DNA of 63,647 bases, filler included, from Stramenopiles sp. TOSAG23-3 (GCA_900128585.1; 17 parts of 17 records of this genome joined end to end with filler, not necessarily neighbours in it); one strand, 5' to 3'; positions 29,980-41,739 are shown, counted from the first letter of the whole stretch. The notes: generated by a model from the letters alone, not told the origin. A program made the numbers and translations.

Positions 29980-31278
29980 NNNNNNNNNNNNNNNNNNNNN
30001 NNNNNNNNNNNNNNNNNNNNNNNTTAATTAATTAANNNNNNNNNNNNNNNNNNNNNNNNNNNNNNNNNNNNNNNNNNNNAAAAAAATAGAAATAAAAAGA
30101 AAGAAAGAAAGAGAAGAAAGAAAGAAAGAGAAGAAAGAAAGAAAGAGAAGAAAGAAAGAGAAGAAAGAGAAGAAAGAGAAGAAAGAGAAAGAAAATTCTT
30201 TCTTCTTCTTCTGGTATCTAAGTGTACTTGGAGGCTTTGCTTTTTTTTGAGGAACAACCCAAAAATATAATTTCATTCAATAGAAGAAGAAGAGCTATAT
30301 CTATATATATCTAGAATGACTATCTATCTAACAAAAGAGCTTTCCTTTCCTATCCTTTCATTCTTTATACCTTAATCAGTGCATTATCGCTTTTAGCTCA
30401 TTATGCTTAAGTAGCTACTAATTTGCGAATTATTCAGGTACTTGTACAATTCTAGGTGGTGTGTTCTTATTAATTACTTCCCATTATTCATTTGTTAATA
30501 TATTGTTTACATGTACATAGCAAAGGTATCTTTCTTTCATTCATGAATGACTGGTGGTGGTGGGGCCACGGGGGGCCACGGGACACGGAGCGTTGCTTCG
30601 AAACATAAGGATATATGTTCGTAGTCGATCAATTTTATTTTTAATATGAACTCACTGTTAAAATATAAAGAAGTTAGTAAATATTGAGGGTAATATACGC
30701 GTATACCTTAGATTATATTCCATTCTATTTGTATTCATTTGTAGTGAATAAAAAAAAGAATGAGTGGTGGAGGAGGGAATCGTGTTCCCGATGCTGTATC
30801 CCATTGGGTTCAATCTGGAATTAATCTACTTGGTGTGGTGTATTATTTAATGCCTATCAAAACAAAACAAAAATGTGTATACTATAAAAAAAAACAATTT
30901 ATTTACTTATACTTATTAAAAAACGAACACACACACAACAGAATAATCGAAAAAGAAACGGAAATCATCATACGAGGGGGGGGGGGGAGGGGGGGGGAGA
31001 GGGGGCTTAGAGCTTACTTTAAAAGAATCATCTTACAAACTTAAAATTATTCCATTTTTGTCAATTATAGTTATACTATAATTACTCCTATCTTTTGAGT
31101 TTTAGCCAGAGTCTTCACTGTATATTTAGATTAAAACACACAAGGCTATATCAATATAAGGTTGTTTTTCAATATAAGGTGCCAGTGTAGAATTATTTTT
31201 AATTCGACACTAACTTGCTTCTTAAAGGATAGGCGGCTCTCAAGGAACCCCTGGAGCGAAAACTGGGTGGCACCGCGT

Positions 31279-33582
31279 TTACTTGCACGCGCATGGTCCG
31301 CAGCAGAACTTTTTGTCCTCTTCGTGGTTGATTTCATCTTCGTGCTCATCTTCCGGCGCTTTTTTGAGCTCATAGTCTTCGCCCAGCTTGTCTTTGAATG
31401 CTGCCCCACCATTGTCAATGTCAAGGCAGTACGACAACATGATGCTATCGGACGTGATTTCATATACACCGAAAAATACTTCAGCGACAATGAAGGCCAT
31501 GACTGCAACAACTGCGCACACGAAGACAGTTCCTTTTGCGTCGATGTAGTTCTCTGACTCAAATCTACTGTAATCGGCACTCCTTGAAAGCCACAAGTAG
31601 CAAGCTACGGTCGACGCAAAGGTAACGAACACTTTCCCGAACAACATGATCAGGCCAGAGCTGAGCCCAGTGGCACCGAATCGAAGGAGGTTGTTGAAAA
31701 TGGTGAGGAACGATTTGTACGACGAGTAACAGAACGACGAACCATGGATGGACGTGTAAATGTACGCGTTTTTGCTCAGGTACTTGGCACACTTCTCAAA
31801 GCATCCCAGGCAGCATGAGACGCACCCTTTCAGGCATTTCACGAGGCGGTTGTCTGGCCCCCCCTTCATCTGCTTCAGCATGTATGCCACGGCAATTCGA
31901 ATCGTTTGAATTATTGCAATTACAGCCGACCCAAATATGGCAGTGCCAAAGTGCCTTTTCATGGCGATGCAAAGCGCACCGGACATGCCGCCCTCCTGGC
32001 ATCTTGCGCAGCGGGAGGTGTTCCCTAGAGATTCTTGCTTTGTGCCCTTTGGGGTAAAGTACCAGTGGGTGACAGTGCCACCAATGACAAATATTCCAAT
32101 GGCTTGAACAAGCTCGCAGACCCAGAGCCACATGACCAAATCGTAAATAGCAAAGTATTTCAAAGTATCGTCGCCAGTGTACTGTGTGACAATCAAGAAG
32201 GCCCCGGACATATCTTTTACATTCGTTTGGTTAAAGGCCTTTCCTGGATTATAATCTTTAGAGTCCACCGATGCCATCAGCAAGCAGCCTATCAGAATGA
32301 ACAAGACCGTGAAAGCTCCAATGAAGGTGAAAGATATGATCGGCCAGAAGACAATTTTGAAATTGTCGACTACTGCATTTGCCGAAATCTTGATTATTTT
32401 TATTGCTTCGACAATTTTCTTTCGCAAGAAGAGGATGGTTACGAAAAACAAGAGCGAAAGGATAGAGAAGACTATCCCAGCAACTTTGTAATAGTCAACG
32501 TACTCATTGCTGGTCTCCAAGCCGACGGGCGTAATTTCTGCAACGCTCCCAGGCACAACATCCCCTGCAATGATCCCGCCACGAATGAGGGCTAAGAACG
32601 CAAGTGTCACCAAGGCGACGAAAGTGAGAAGTATAGAGAACCATACAAAGCAACCGGCAATTCTACCGACAACAACCAGAAAGAGAAGGCCAACAACGAC
32701 GGAAAATCCCATGCCGCACAGAGCAACAGGCCCTGCAGCTGTTTTAACGTCTTGCACGTACTTGCTGAAACTCTGCAGATTTTTCAATATTTTCGTGGTC
32801 ATTGCTGCTTGCGGAATCTCGACGGAGGTTACTTCCTTCTTGTCTTCGATTTCTTTGCACCTTTTTCTGGCTGTTTGTACCAAGCATTTTTTTTTCTCCC
32901 CACCCTCCCACGTGCACGGGTACCTCACCTTTTTCATTATACCGTCTGAATCCTTGACACACAACCTCCAATAATCTTCGTCGGTTGGCAGTAAAGTGCA
33001 GTTATCAGATTGTAACGGGTTTATGCATCGTTCTTCTTCCATGTCATCGTCCGGGGTCACACTTGGAACACAGCGACCCATTATGGATGTGGTGTCTACG
33101 ACGGTGATGTCGCAGTTGTAGAAGATCTTCTTGCATTTGGCTGTGTCCGGACCAGCGCACGCATCGTTTAGAAGAGTTATGTCCTTCGCCACTTGGTCAC
33201 GGCTAAACGTCGCCGTTCTTAGCAGCTGTTCCTTGGCGGCTTTTTCCGCCTTTGTTCCTGGTTTAAGAGGGCTAGACTCCCAACCGTCTGATGCGGCCTG
33301 TTCCTTGGAATATTCATACGTGCAGAAAATGCTACCCTTCTTTGGGCACTCCTCGGCACAGAACGTGGTGATGGAAATGTCCGAGACACTTGGCAAGTCG
33401 GTGGCGTCCGTAGGTATTAGCCGAACGAAATCGTCGACCATACGAGGGAAAACCCCCTTTTTCGCTTTTTTGATGTCAACGTGTGGCGCTGTGCCTTCCT
33501 TCCACGAGTTTTCGGTGCCGTCGTTTTTGCCTAAGTAAACCCCGCAAACGTTTCCTTTGTAGTCCGTCGAGTGCGTAATAAT
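31279..33582 (-). CDS. Choline transporter-like protein (CTL/SLC44), N-terminus missing
   Basis: TDYKGNVCG, HFGTAIFGSAVIAIIQ, CCLGCFEKCAKYLSKNAYIY and DSIMLSYCLD; the frame extends about 47 codons upstream of the listed ATG to a TAA. Confidence 0.9.
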   Translation of the reverse strand: MITHSTDYKGNVCGVYLGKNDGTENSWKEGTAPHVDIKKAKKGVFPRMVDDFVRLIPTDATDLPSVSDISITTFCAEECPKKGSIFCTYEYSKEQAASDGWESSPLKPGTKAEKAAKEQLLRTATFSRDQVAKDITLLNDACAGPDTAKCKKIFYNCDITVVDTTSIMGRCVPSVTPDDDMEEERCINPLQSDNCTLLPTDEDYWRLCVKDSDGIMKKVRYPCTWEGGEKKKCLVQTARKRCKEIEDKKEVTSVEIPQAAMTTKILKNLQSFSKYVQDVKTAAGPVALCGMGFSVVVGLLFLVVVGRIAGCFVWFSILLTFVALVTLAFLALIRGGIIAGDVVPGSVAEITPVGLETSNEYVDYYKVAGIVFSILSLLFFVTILFLRKKIVEAIKIIKISANAVVDNFKIVFWPIISFTFIGAFTVLFILIGCLLMASVDSKDYNPGKAFNQTNVKDMSGAFLIVTQYTGDDTLKYFAIYDLVMWLWVCELVQAIGIFVIGGTVTHWYFTPKGTKQESLGNTSRCARCQEGGMSGALCIAMKRHFGTAIFGSAVIAIIQTIRIAVAYMLKQMKGGPDNRLVKCLKGCVSCCLGCFEKCAKYLSKNAYIYTSIHGSSFCYSSYKSFLTIFNNLLRFGATGLSSGLIMLFGKVFVTFASTVACYLWLSRSADYSRFESENYIDAKGTVFVCAVVAVMAFIVAEVFFGVYEITSDSIMLSYCLDIDNGGAAFKDKLGEDYELKKAPEDEHEDEINHEEDKKFCCGPCACK

Positions 33583-34946
33583 TTACGTGTTTCAAAGTTA
33601 ATGTGTTATCATATGATATCATATAATGGTTAATAAATTGGCTGTTATATCTCCTCCTATTGCAGATCCTCCCCAAGTTCTGGTCAAGATTCCAATTGAT
33701 TGGTCTTAAAAGTACACAGCGGCATNNNNNNNNNNNNNNNNNNNNNNNNNNNNNNNNNNNNNNNNNNNNTTAATTAATTAANNNNNNNNNNNNNNNNNNN
33801 NNNNNNNNNNNNNNNNNNNNNNNNNTTTAAAAACTCTTCAACATTTTCCCTGAAAGGAAGCTGGTTCTTGTGACCGTCCAACAGAGGCGTTCCCAACCGG
33901 TTGGAGCTTTGTGCTACGTCCATTTTACGAAAACAGTGGTTTCTTCGTCCGTGAACAGTAGGATTTCTTCGCTTTTGTTACACCATTAAACGAAAATATT
34001 GCACTACTTAATAAAGTCCAATTTAAGCAGATTCAATGCGTTTCTCGTGTAAAAACATTTCCCACACGAAAACTTGGAAGAAGAATTATATTTATATATA
34101 GTGTCTTCTATTAATTTTAGTTGTTCGCTGACTGACTATTATTATCTATACCTATTAGTCCTACTATTAATAATAATAAATAATACAACCACTATATGTA
34201 TATGTTGGCGGCGGTGGTGTGTCGTCGTGGTTATAATACAAATATTAGTTGGAGAGGTGGAGGAGGGAGACGAACAAAGATCTGTGGATATACGTTACAC
34301 AGCATTAGTCCAAATAGACTGAAAAGATATTTATTGTCATCGAAATATTATGATGATGTTAATACTCGTAGATCGTAGATCGTCGTAGATCTAGTAGCAG
34401 AAAGCAAAATCTAAACACAACATCAACTACTTCTATGCTGTGTTCATGTAGTATTTGGAGATATGATAATAATAATAATAACGAGTAGAGTACAGCTACT
34501 ACTACCAACCAGCAGTATTAATATTATACCAGTAGAATAAATAATAAATAAAATAAATAGACTAGTCTAAGATACAACAGTAGTACTGTACCAAAATAAA
34601 AATAAATAATAATATTATTCATAATATAATATTATTCCCGTGGATTAGAAGAAGACGACGACGAAGACGATGATGACTATAATAAAAAAAAAAAATAATA
34701 ATAAAATAATATAATAATAAAATATATATAAAAAAAAAAAGTAGTAGTAATAATAATAATAAATTTTTTTATTGAATTGGTATTGTTGCCTCCCATGATA
34801 AATTTTAAAATAGATTGATTTATAAAGTTGTGGGACAATGTGCGAACGAGGAAGAAAAAGAACATGATTGTGATTGGAAATAAGGTACGAATATATACCC
34901 GTTTGGGAGTACATGGCGATTAATATACTACGCTATATTCCGTATC

Positions 34947-37190
34947 ATGTTGAAAGTGTACGTCCATTACCTTGGAAGTGTTGAAGGCACGGAAGAGGTT
35001 GCTACAGTTGTCAAATGTTCGGAAGACGCTGTCAAATCTTGGACTGAAGTGGACCTGAGAGAAGAGTTTGTTGCAAAATACAACAAGAGGATGAAGAAGA
35101 TGAAGAAGACTGGTCGCTTGGATCCGGGCTGTATTGTCTTAAAGTTTGAATCTGGGGAGAAATTTAGTAAGAGAAAAAATCCACCGTCTGTCAGTGAATT
35201 GCAAAGCGGCGCGGACTTGTATGCACACGACGCAAAAAAACAAATGCCCAAAACGAAGAAACGTGCGGAAGACCCACCAAAATCTAGCAGTAAAGCGAAA
35301 TTGAAACCGGTGGCGCCAACTAGTTCCCAGTCGGGGGGTGCTGCAAGCAAAGCGCTGAATAGTCGGGCAAAGACTGCCCTTGGGAAGGGTAGCCTGCGTA
35401 CCGCCAGGTTGCTGTACGAGCAAGTTTTGGCGAAGGATGGCAACAATTTGACTGCGGGTTTGGGGGCAGCCCGAATATACCTAAAGAACAAAAGGTTTCA
35501 GAGTGCAATTGGTGTGCTGATGCCGGACCCTGCAAATCTAAAGGGGTGGGCCACCCACCCTGAGATCCTTGAACTTTTAGGCGATGCATTTCTAGGGTTG
35601 AAAAAGTACAACGAGGCACTTAAATCCTTTGACACTGCGCTGGGCGTAGCCCTGCGAAGCACCAAACAGCCGAATACCCTCCCCGCGGCAGCGAAGCGGT
35701 TTTCAAAGCAAGCCTTGGCCCTAAAAGTCAAGCTTGCCACTGTGCTCTACAATACTTCCGAGCAGGATGCTGCCATACAAGTCTTACAAAACACGTTTCA
35801 AGAAACTGAAGAGTACGTGCCAGCGCTGCAGGCCTACGCCACAGCCGCGAATGATCGTGGGAAAAAAGCAGACGCGATTCAGATATTGCTGAAAGCGATC
35901 GTTCTGGAGCCTAAAAACAAGGAGGTGAAGGAAGCATTGACCGACATGGTGAGGGACGCCGTAGGGATACAGTGTTTGTTGGACACGTTCCAAATAGAAG
36001 AGGGGGAAGGCGTGGCTTCCGCCCTGGCATTCTTGGCTACGGTTGTAAAAGACTTTGGGGCAGTCGACAAGTCCATCCTGCTGTACGAAAAGACGGTCCA
36101 GGTAGCCCCAGACCACCCAAGTTACAACCTGAACTTAATGCACGTTCATGAAATTTTGACAGATTACACAAGCGCCTTGGGCACCGCCAAACGATTTCTG
36201 CTGCGCAAAACTGCAAAAAGCGGTGTTCGCGGGATCACAAACTCGTTGGTCCTGGAGCTGCTTGAGGGAAAAGTAAAGATACCAGCAGAAGTACAATGGC
36301 ATGAAGGGTCCGATTCGCACGCCACCGTGCTCGGTGACGGTTTGCCCCCCATTGGTACAGTCGGGTTTCCCAAAGGGCCGTTGGGGCCGAATGAATTAGA
36401 CCACTTGGCAATCTACTTTACGATAGTGAAGATTTTGTTTGTAATGGGCGACCTTGATAACTTAGCTGCCCTGATTCACATCATTGAGCCGGTACGGCGT
36501 CTTCAAGAGCTACACACAACGACAATCCGAAACGAGCATGCATATTATTGTTGCATTGCACAACTAATGGCAGGCGAGTCTAGACCGACTTCGACGAGCA
36601 AGAACGCGTGCCGCCCGCTGTACATTTGCGGCGATAGCCATACTTTACCACTATCGTGGCGCGAAATTACCGTTCACGGCACAGCCCGTTCGTTAACTCC
36701 CGCGCTTGCAACCGGGGTCAAAGCATGGCACTTGCGCCCGGAAAGCAAATTTTACCCAAAAGTAAACTTTGATGTTGTAACGGCCAAGATACCTAAAGAA
36801 TCGGACGTCGTCTTCGTGTTTTGTGAGATTGACTGCCGGGAAGGCATTCTGGTCGCGGTGGAGAAAGATAGGTACAAAGACGTGAACGAAGGCATTGAAC
36901 ACGTTATTGGTATATACATGGCAAGGTTAGAATCGTTAATCAAGCAACGAAAGCTGCGCGCTTTCATTCACCCAGTAATACCAGTTCTGAACGAGACTCG
37001 GGCGATGGTGTTACGATTTAACAAAATATTGAGGAAGCGCGTCAAGGCCAGAGACGACATGAAGTGGTTAGAATTTGCAGATGATCTGCTCTACAACGGA
37101 ATGTTGCAGAAAAAGTACGAGTTAGATGGCACGCATCTATCTCCAACGTATGTGCCTCTCCTGGAAGGCGCATTGAACAAAGTGGCGTAA
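34947..37190 (+). CDS. TPR-repeat protein with a C-terminal SGNH/GDSL-like domain
   Basis: Multiple TPRs (LLGDAFLGLKKYNEALKSFDTAL); ICGDSH, CEIDCREG and LDGTH motifs. Confidence 0.8.
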   Translation: MLKVYVHYLGSVEGTEEVATVVKCSEDAVKSWTEVDLREEFVAKYNKRMKKMKKTGRLDPGCIVLKFESGEKFSKRKNPPSVSELQSGADLYAHDAKKQMPKTKKRAEDPPKSSSKAKLKPVAPTSSQSGGAASKALNSRAKTALGKGSLRTARLLYEQVLAKDGNNLTAGLGAARIYLKNKRFQSAIGVLMPDPANLKGWATHPEILELLGDAFLGLKKYNEALKSFDTALGVALRSTKQPNTLPAAAKRFSKQALALKVKLATVLYNTSEQDAAIQVLQNTFQETEEYVPALQAYATAANDRGKKADAIQILLKAIVLEPKNKEVKEALTDMVRDAVGIQCLLDTFQIEEGEGVASALAFLATVVKDFGAVDKSILLYEKTVQVAPDHPSYNLNLMHVHEILTDYTSALGTAKRFLLRKTAKSGVRGITNSLVLELLEGKVKIPAEVQWHEGSDSHATVLGDGLPPIGTVGFPKGPLGPNELDHLAIYFTIVKILFVMGDLDNLAALIHIIEPVRRLQELHTTTIRNEHAYYCCIAQLMAGESRPTSTSKNACRPLYICGDSHTLPLSWREITVHGTARSLTPALATGVKAWHLRPESKFYPKVNFDVVTAKIPKESDVVFVFCEIDCREGILVAVEKDRYKDVNEGIEHVIGIYMARLESLIKQRKLRAFIHPVIPVLNETRAMVLRFNKILRKRVKARDDMKWLEFADDLLYNGMLQKKYELDGTHLSPTYVPLLEGALNKVA

Positions 37191-37639
37191 GGAAGTACGT
37201 TCAAGTAAGGGGTTAGGGGCGATTCGGTGAATACATTGCAAGGAAGGATGAATTGGGAAATTTTAAGAGGTTAATAATATCTAAGAACAAGAAAATTCGC
37301 TATTATATATTCAAGTAATTATTAAAAAATAAAAAACATATATATTGGAGGAGGAAGAAGCTCTAGTACCGGTACCCAGGTACTGGTAACGGTAGTGACC
37401 CCACCAGTTCTCCTCGTTTCGTCCTCAGAAGAAAACTAAACTCCTGAAGAAAAAAAAACAATGAACTCTGGNNNNNNNNNNNNNNNNNNNNNNNNNNNNN
37501 NNNNNNNNNNNNNNNTTAATTAATTAANNNNNNNNNNNNNNNNNNNNNNNNNNNNNNNNNNNNNNNNNNNNCTACACTATATATATATATTTTCTTTCAT
37601 CCTAATCATCTTCTTTGACTCACTCTTTTCCTGCTTCTG

Positions 37640-40408
37640 ATGGCAGCGTTTCCTCCACCGAGTGGAACGAAGCGAAAGGCTTCCAACGAGGATTTCGATG
37701 TTTATGGAACCGGTGATATTGATTGGGGAATGGTTGGGGAGAGCGTGGCGCAACTCGAAAGCAAAAAGCCACGGACAACCACAAGCGGGCGTCCAAACAC
37801 TTCTGCCACTTTGAAAACAGTTACGGAACACCGTTCCGCAGGCGTCGACAATGTAGCGCTTCAGAGCAACATTGTTCCTTCTCACTCAGCGCTTCGGAGC
37901 ACACTGGAGAAGTATTTTGGATACAAGGGTTTCCGCGAGGGGCAGTTGGACTGCATCGGCGCCCTGATGGGGGGGAAAGATGTCGCGGTGTTCTGGGCCA
38001 CGGGGAGGGGAAAGTCTTTGGTCTACCAGCTACCAGCGTTGCACCGAAAAACAATCACTTTGGTTGTGTCCCCCTTGATATCTTTGATGGTAGACCAAGT
38101 CAAACAGTTGAACAGCTTGACGCCCGTGGACATTGCTTGCTATTTGGGCTCCGCGCAAATGAATCCTTTGATCGAACGAAAAGCATTGAACGGGGAGTTC
38201 CTCCTGGTCTATTTAACTCCTGAGAAGATCGCAGCGTCGTCGTTTTTGGAGAAGATGCGGGGCAAGGTGGGATTCGTAGCAATCGACGAAGCGCACTGCG
38301 TCTCGGAGTGGGGTCATGATTTTCGAAAGGATTATCGGAACCTGTCTGTGGTGAGGCAAAGACTACCGGGCGTCCCCTTGTGCCTTCTCACAGCAACGGC
38401 CGGGAAACAAGTCCAGGAGGACATTCTCAACAACCTAGGGCTTCAGCGCCAGCATACATTCATCTCGAAGTCCTCGTTTGACCGAACCAACTTGAGGATA
38501 AGCATTCGGACCAAAAGCTTAGATGGCATCCGCGCCGACTTTGCACCGATGGTAAGCCGGTGGAATGGCGCTCCCGAAAGCGCCGTTGTCTACTGCCCAA
38601 CTCGGGGTGACGTTGAGAAGGTTGCCGTGTACCTTGGAAACAGTTCAGTGCTGGGTTCCGGCGTAGTCGCCAAGTACCACGGTGGCATGACCTCGGAGGA
38701 CCGAAGGGAGGCCCACCTTGGGTTTCTGTCCGGGCAGTACAAGGTCATCGTCGCAACGATTGCCTTTGGTATGGGGATTGACAAGCCGGACATTCGGTGC
38801 GTTGTTCATTACGGGACCCCGAAAACGATGGAGGAGTATTACCAACACATAGGCCGGGGGGGGAGGGATGGGCTGGACGCCTCGTGCACGATGTTTTACT
38901 CCCCCTCCGACTTTGTTCGTTACAAGTCTGCGTTTTACACCAAGAACAAGACCGCGAAAGCCATCGAAATGGCAAACAAAAGTGGAGATATCCTGCGAAA
39001 TTTTGTAGAAGACAGGGTCGTCTGCCGTAGGTTTCAGATACTCCAGTACTTCAACGAGACTCCTGCCTTTGGAAGTAGGTGTGGCAATTGCGACAATTGC
39101 CTCGATGGGCGAGACGGGAGCCGTGCACCAACAACAAGGGACTTTGCTGGGCATGCCCAAATAATTTTTGAAGCCATCAAAAGGTTGGGCTCCAGCAGCC
39201 TTACAAAGACGGGGATCACCAAAACCATCAGCGAGATATTGAGGAACAACCCTTCCCGTCGAAGCGCCCTCCCAGGCAGTGTATCGTCAGAAATGTTTGC
39301 AAGTCTGCTTCCAAGCCTGGTACGCGCGCAATACTTGGGAAGGTCCACGAAGCAAAATGACTATATGGCGTATGAGGTGTACCAGCTGACGGCAAAGGGA
39401 AGGCGGGCCTTAACGATGGGCGGTCGGGAAAAGGTGATGCTGCCGATCCCTGACGTTGTGGTAGAGCTGGAGAGGAAAGCGCAAGAGCGAGTGGAGCAAA
39501 CGAAGAGGGAACTCGTTGAAAGTGGTATCGATATTACAATGGTGCCATTAGTAGAACTGAATGCCGGCAAGGGCCCAATCCTGAACGCATACACTAACTG
39601 GTTGTACCGGTTGAAATCTTTGCGCAGCCGCGGAAACGAGAAGCTTGCGGCGGCGTACGAGGAGCTTTTGAAACGGATCGAAGCGTGGCGAGCTAAGACG
39701 TCCGTGCAATTTGAAATGGCACCCCACAATGTCATGCCTGGGTACTTGATGCGGCAAATCGCGTACGTAAAACCGACGAGCAAAGAAGCCCTGGAATCAA
39801 TTGGGGTTCGTATTCGGACTATTGGGGAACTTGCTGAAATTATGGCAAAGTCCGTCGATGAATTGTTCAGCTTAGTCCCAGCGACCAAGCCCTCAAACGC
39901 TGGCCTCCCCATGGCATTTCCAGAACATAGCTTTCAACCAACAAAGCCGTGGCTATTCGCAAAAGAAGGAAAGGGAGCGCACCGCTCTAGCTACGAACGC
40001 TTTCAAAAAGGCGAAATGGTGGAGGCTATAGCATTGCATCGTGAAGACGGGAAAAGCATCAGCCCGGCTACTGTCATATCGCACGTGCTGAAAGCGCTGA
40101 TGCTCGGAAATCCGGTCAATTTAAAGCGATTGGCCAGTTTTACCACACCACCAACCGAAAACGAATGGGACTGCATAGAAATCGCTTCCAACAGTGCAGG
40201 GAACGATGTCGTGGCCACTGAAAAATTTCAAATGGGCACATTGATGCCTTTTATTGTCGGCGAAGAGAAGGCTGCTGTGGGTTACAAAGATCGGTCTGAG
40301 GCTTTGCGAGCTGAAATGTCTCATTGGTATGGTAAAATTAAGTGGTGGATGCATTTGAAACGTGCAGGGTTTGTCCCTCAGTTCGAGGTTTGGAAGAGAA
40401 AAGACTGA
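37640..40408 (+). CDS. RecQ-family DNA helicase (WRN-like, no exonuclease domain)
   Basis: ATGRGKS, IDEAHCVSEWGHDFR, ATIAFGMGIDKPDIR, YYQHIGRGGRDG, Zn-binding CRR...CGNCDNC, followed by HRDC-like and C-terminal HTH regions. Confidence 0.95.
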   Translation: MAAFPPPSGTKRKASNEDFDVYGTGDIDWGMVGESVAQLESKKPRTTTSGRPNTSATLKTVTEHRSAGVDNVALQSNIVPSHSALRSTLEKYFGYKGFREGQLDCIGALMGGKDVAVFWATGRGKSLVYQLPALHRKTITLVVSPLISLMVDQVKQLNSLTPVDIACYLGSAQMNPLIERKALNGEFLLVYLTPEKIAASSFLEKMRGKVGFVAIDEAHCVSEWGHDFRKDYRNLSVVRQRLPGVPLCLLTATAGKQVQEDILNNLGLQRQHTFISKSSFDRTNLRISIRTKSLDGIRADFAPMVSRWNGAPESAVVYCPTRGDVEKVAVYLGNSSVLGSGVVAKYHGGMTSEDRREAHLGFLSGQYKVIVATIAFGMGIDKPDIRCVVHYGTPKTMEEYYQHIGRGGRDGLDASCTMFYSPSDFVRYKSAFYTKNKTAKAIEMANKSGDILRNFVEDRVVCRRFQILQYFNETPAFGSRCGNCDNCLDGRDGSRAPTTRDFAGHAQIIFEAIKRLGSSSLTKTGITKTISEILRNNPSRRSALPGSVSSEMFASLLPSLVRAQYLGRSTKQNDYMAYEVYQLTAKGRRALTMGGREKVMLPIPDVVVELERKAQERVEQTKRELVESGIDITMVPLVELNAGKGPILNAYTNWLYRLKSLRSRGNEKLAAAYEELLKRIEAWRAKTSVQFEMAPHNVMPGYLMRQIAYVKPTSKEALESIGVRIRTIGELAEIMAKSVDELFSLVPATKPSNAGLPMAFPEHSFQPTKPWLFAKEGKGAHRSSYERFQKGEMVEAIALHREDGKSISPATVISHVLKALMLGNPVNLKRLASFTTPPTENEWDCIEIASNSAGNDVVATEKFQMGTLMPFIVGEEKAAVGYKDRSEALRAEMSHWYGKIKWWMHLKRAGFVPQFEVWKRKD

Positions 40409-40968
40409 TCGTTGGGAATTTTAAATGTTCTTTTATTATACAGTTTAAGAAAAGGCGCGGCAGGCTAGTCTAGCAAAAGAGAAGATGTGTAAATAAATAT
40501 TGCAAAATAGATTTTTTTAATGGAATTAACATACACACAGCATATGATACCTAATCTATTTTTTGAATAATCCATCATTAAGTTAAGGAAGAATTTTAAC
40601 CCTAACACCAAAACTTGATTTATTATTATATATATATTAAGAGTACAGAAAAGTGGAAAATTGTATTATATCCATAAATCCTTAATTATTATATAATTCA
40701 TCAATCCAATGGTATAATTATAGAATATCATTGAATACATAGAAATAGTACCATACAATCTTTTCAGCACTTTTTTTCTTCTTTTCTTCTTTTTTTTCCA
40801 TTCTTCCACATTCCACACTAAAGTGTGCTTTCTAAAGTGTAGTAAACGGGTTTGAACATAATAAAGAAAGAATCAAAGGCAAACCATCAATAATCAACAA
40901 CAAAAACGAAAGGAAAAAATAACAACAACAACAAGACAAAACAAACATTTATTTACAATCCTTCAGTC

Positions 40969-41217
40969 ATGAAATTTCAAAGCGCAGCAGTTTATGTCTT
41001 GGCAGCCATTGCCATGATTACTGGAAAGTCAGAAGCCCGACTTGGTGAGGGCCGTCGCCTGGACGAGAACGCAGGCACGTTTTCCCATACATGGCCTGCG
41101 CCAAGGCCATTTCCCCGCATCCCCCACAGTGACGAACTAGTCGGTAGTGGCTACATGCATAACGGGAAATATTACTATAGCGGCCAGGCTGCAAATAGTA
41201 ATTACCATCCAGGTGGC
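40969..41217 (+). CDS. N-terminus of a secreted protein (3'-partial)
   Basis: Signal peptide MKFQSAAVYVLAAIAMITGKSEA, then GRRL; open to the contig edge. Confidence 0.7.
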
Positions 41218-41739
41218 NNNNNNNNNNNNNNNNNNNNNNNNNNNNNNNNNNNNNNNNNNNNTTAATTAATTAANNNNNNNNNNNNNNNNNNNNNNNNNNN
41301 NNNNNNNNNNNNNNNNNTTCTTCTTTCTTCTTCTTCTTCTTCTTCTTCTTCTTCTTCTTCTTCTTCTTCTTCTTCTTTCTTCTTCTTCTTCTTCTTTCTT
41401 CGTTCGTTCGGTTCTTTGCATTCTTCTTTCTTCCACCACGTATATTAATTATAATATTATCGAAGAAGAGAGGAGCGTCGCGACGACGACGTACGTACCA
41501 AGGGAGGAGGCGAAGAAGAAATAAAAATTAAATTGTTATTTTCCTTCGTTTTTAGACAAAACAGAAAAAGCGTCTGGGAAATCATCACCCAGGGAAGAGA
41601 CGCTCCTGAACGATAATTTACTTTCAAATCGTTTCGCCGCATCTGCCACGAAAGTAGAAAAGGCAGGGCGTTTGTTTGCGGCGTATGTGCAGGTAAGGTT
41701 GGCTGTGGTAGAGAGTATATATATAAATAGAGTACAACG

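Noticed and set aside
33826-34060. GC-richer patch at a contig start, possibly a gene 5' end on the - strand
   Set aside because: Only a roughly 31-codon ATG frame with no recognisable motif.
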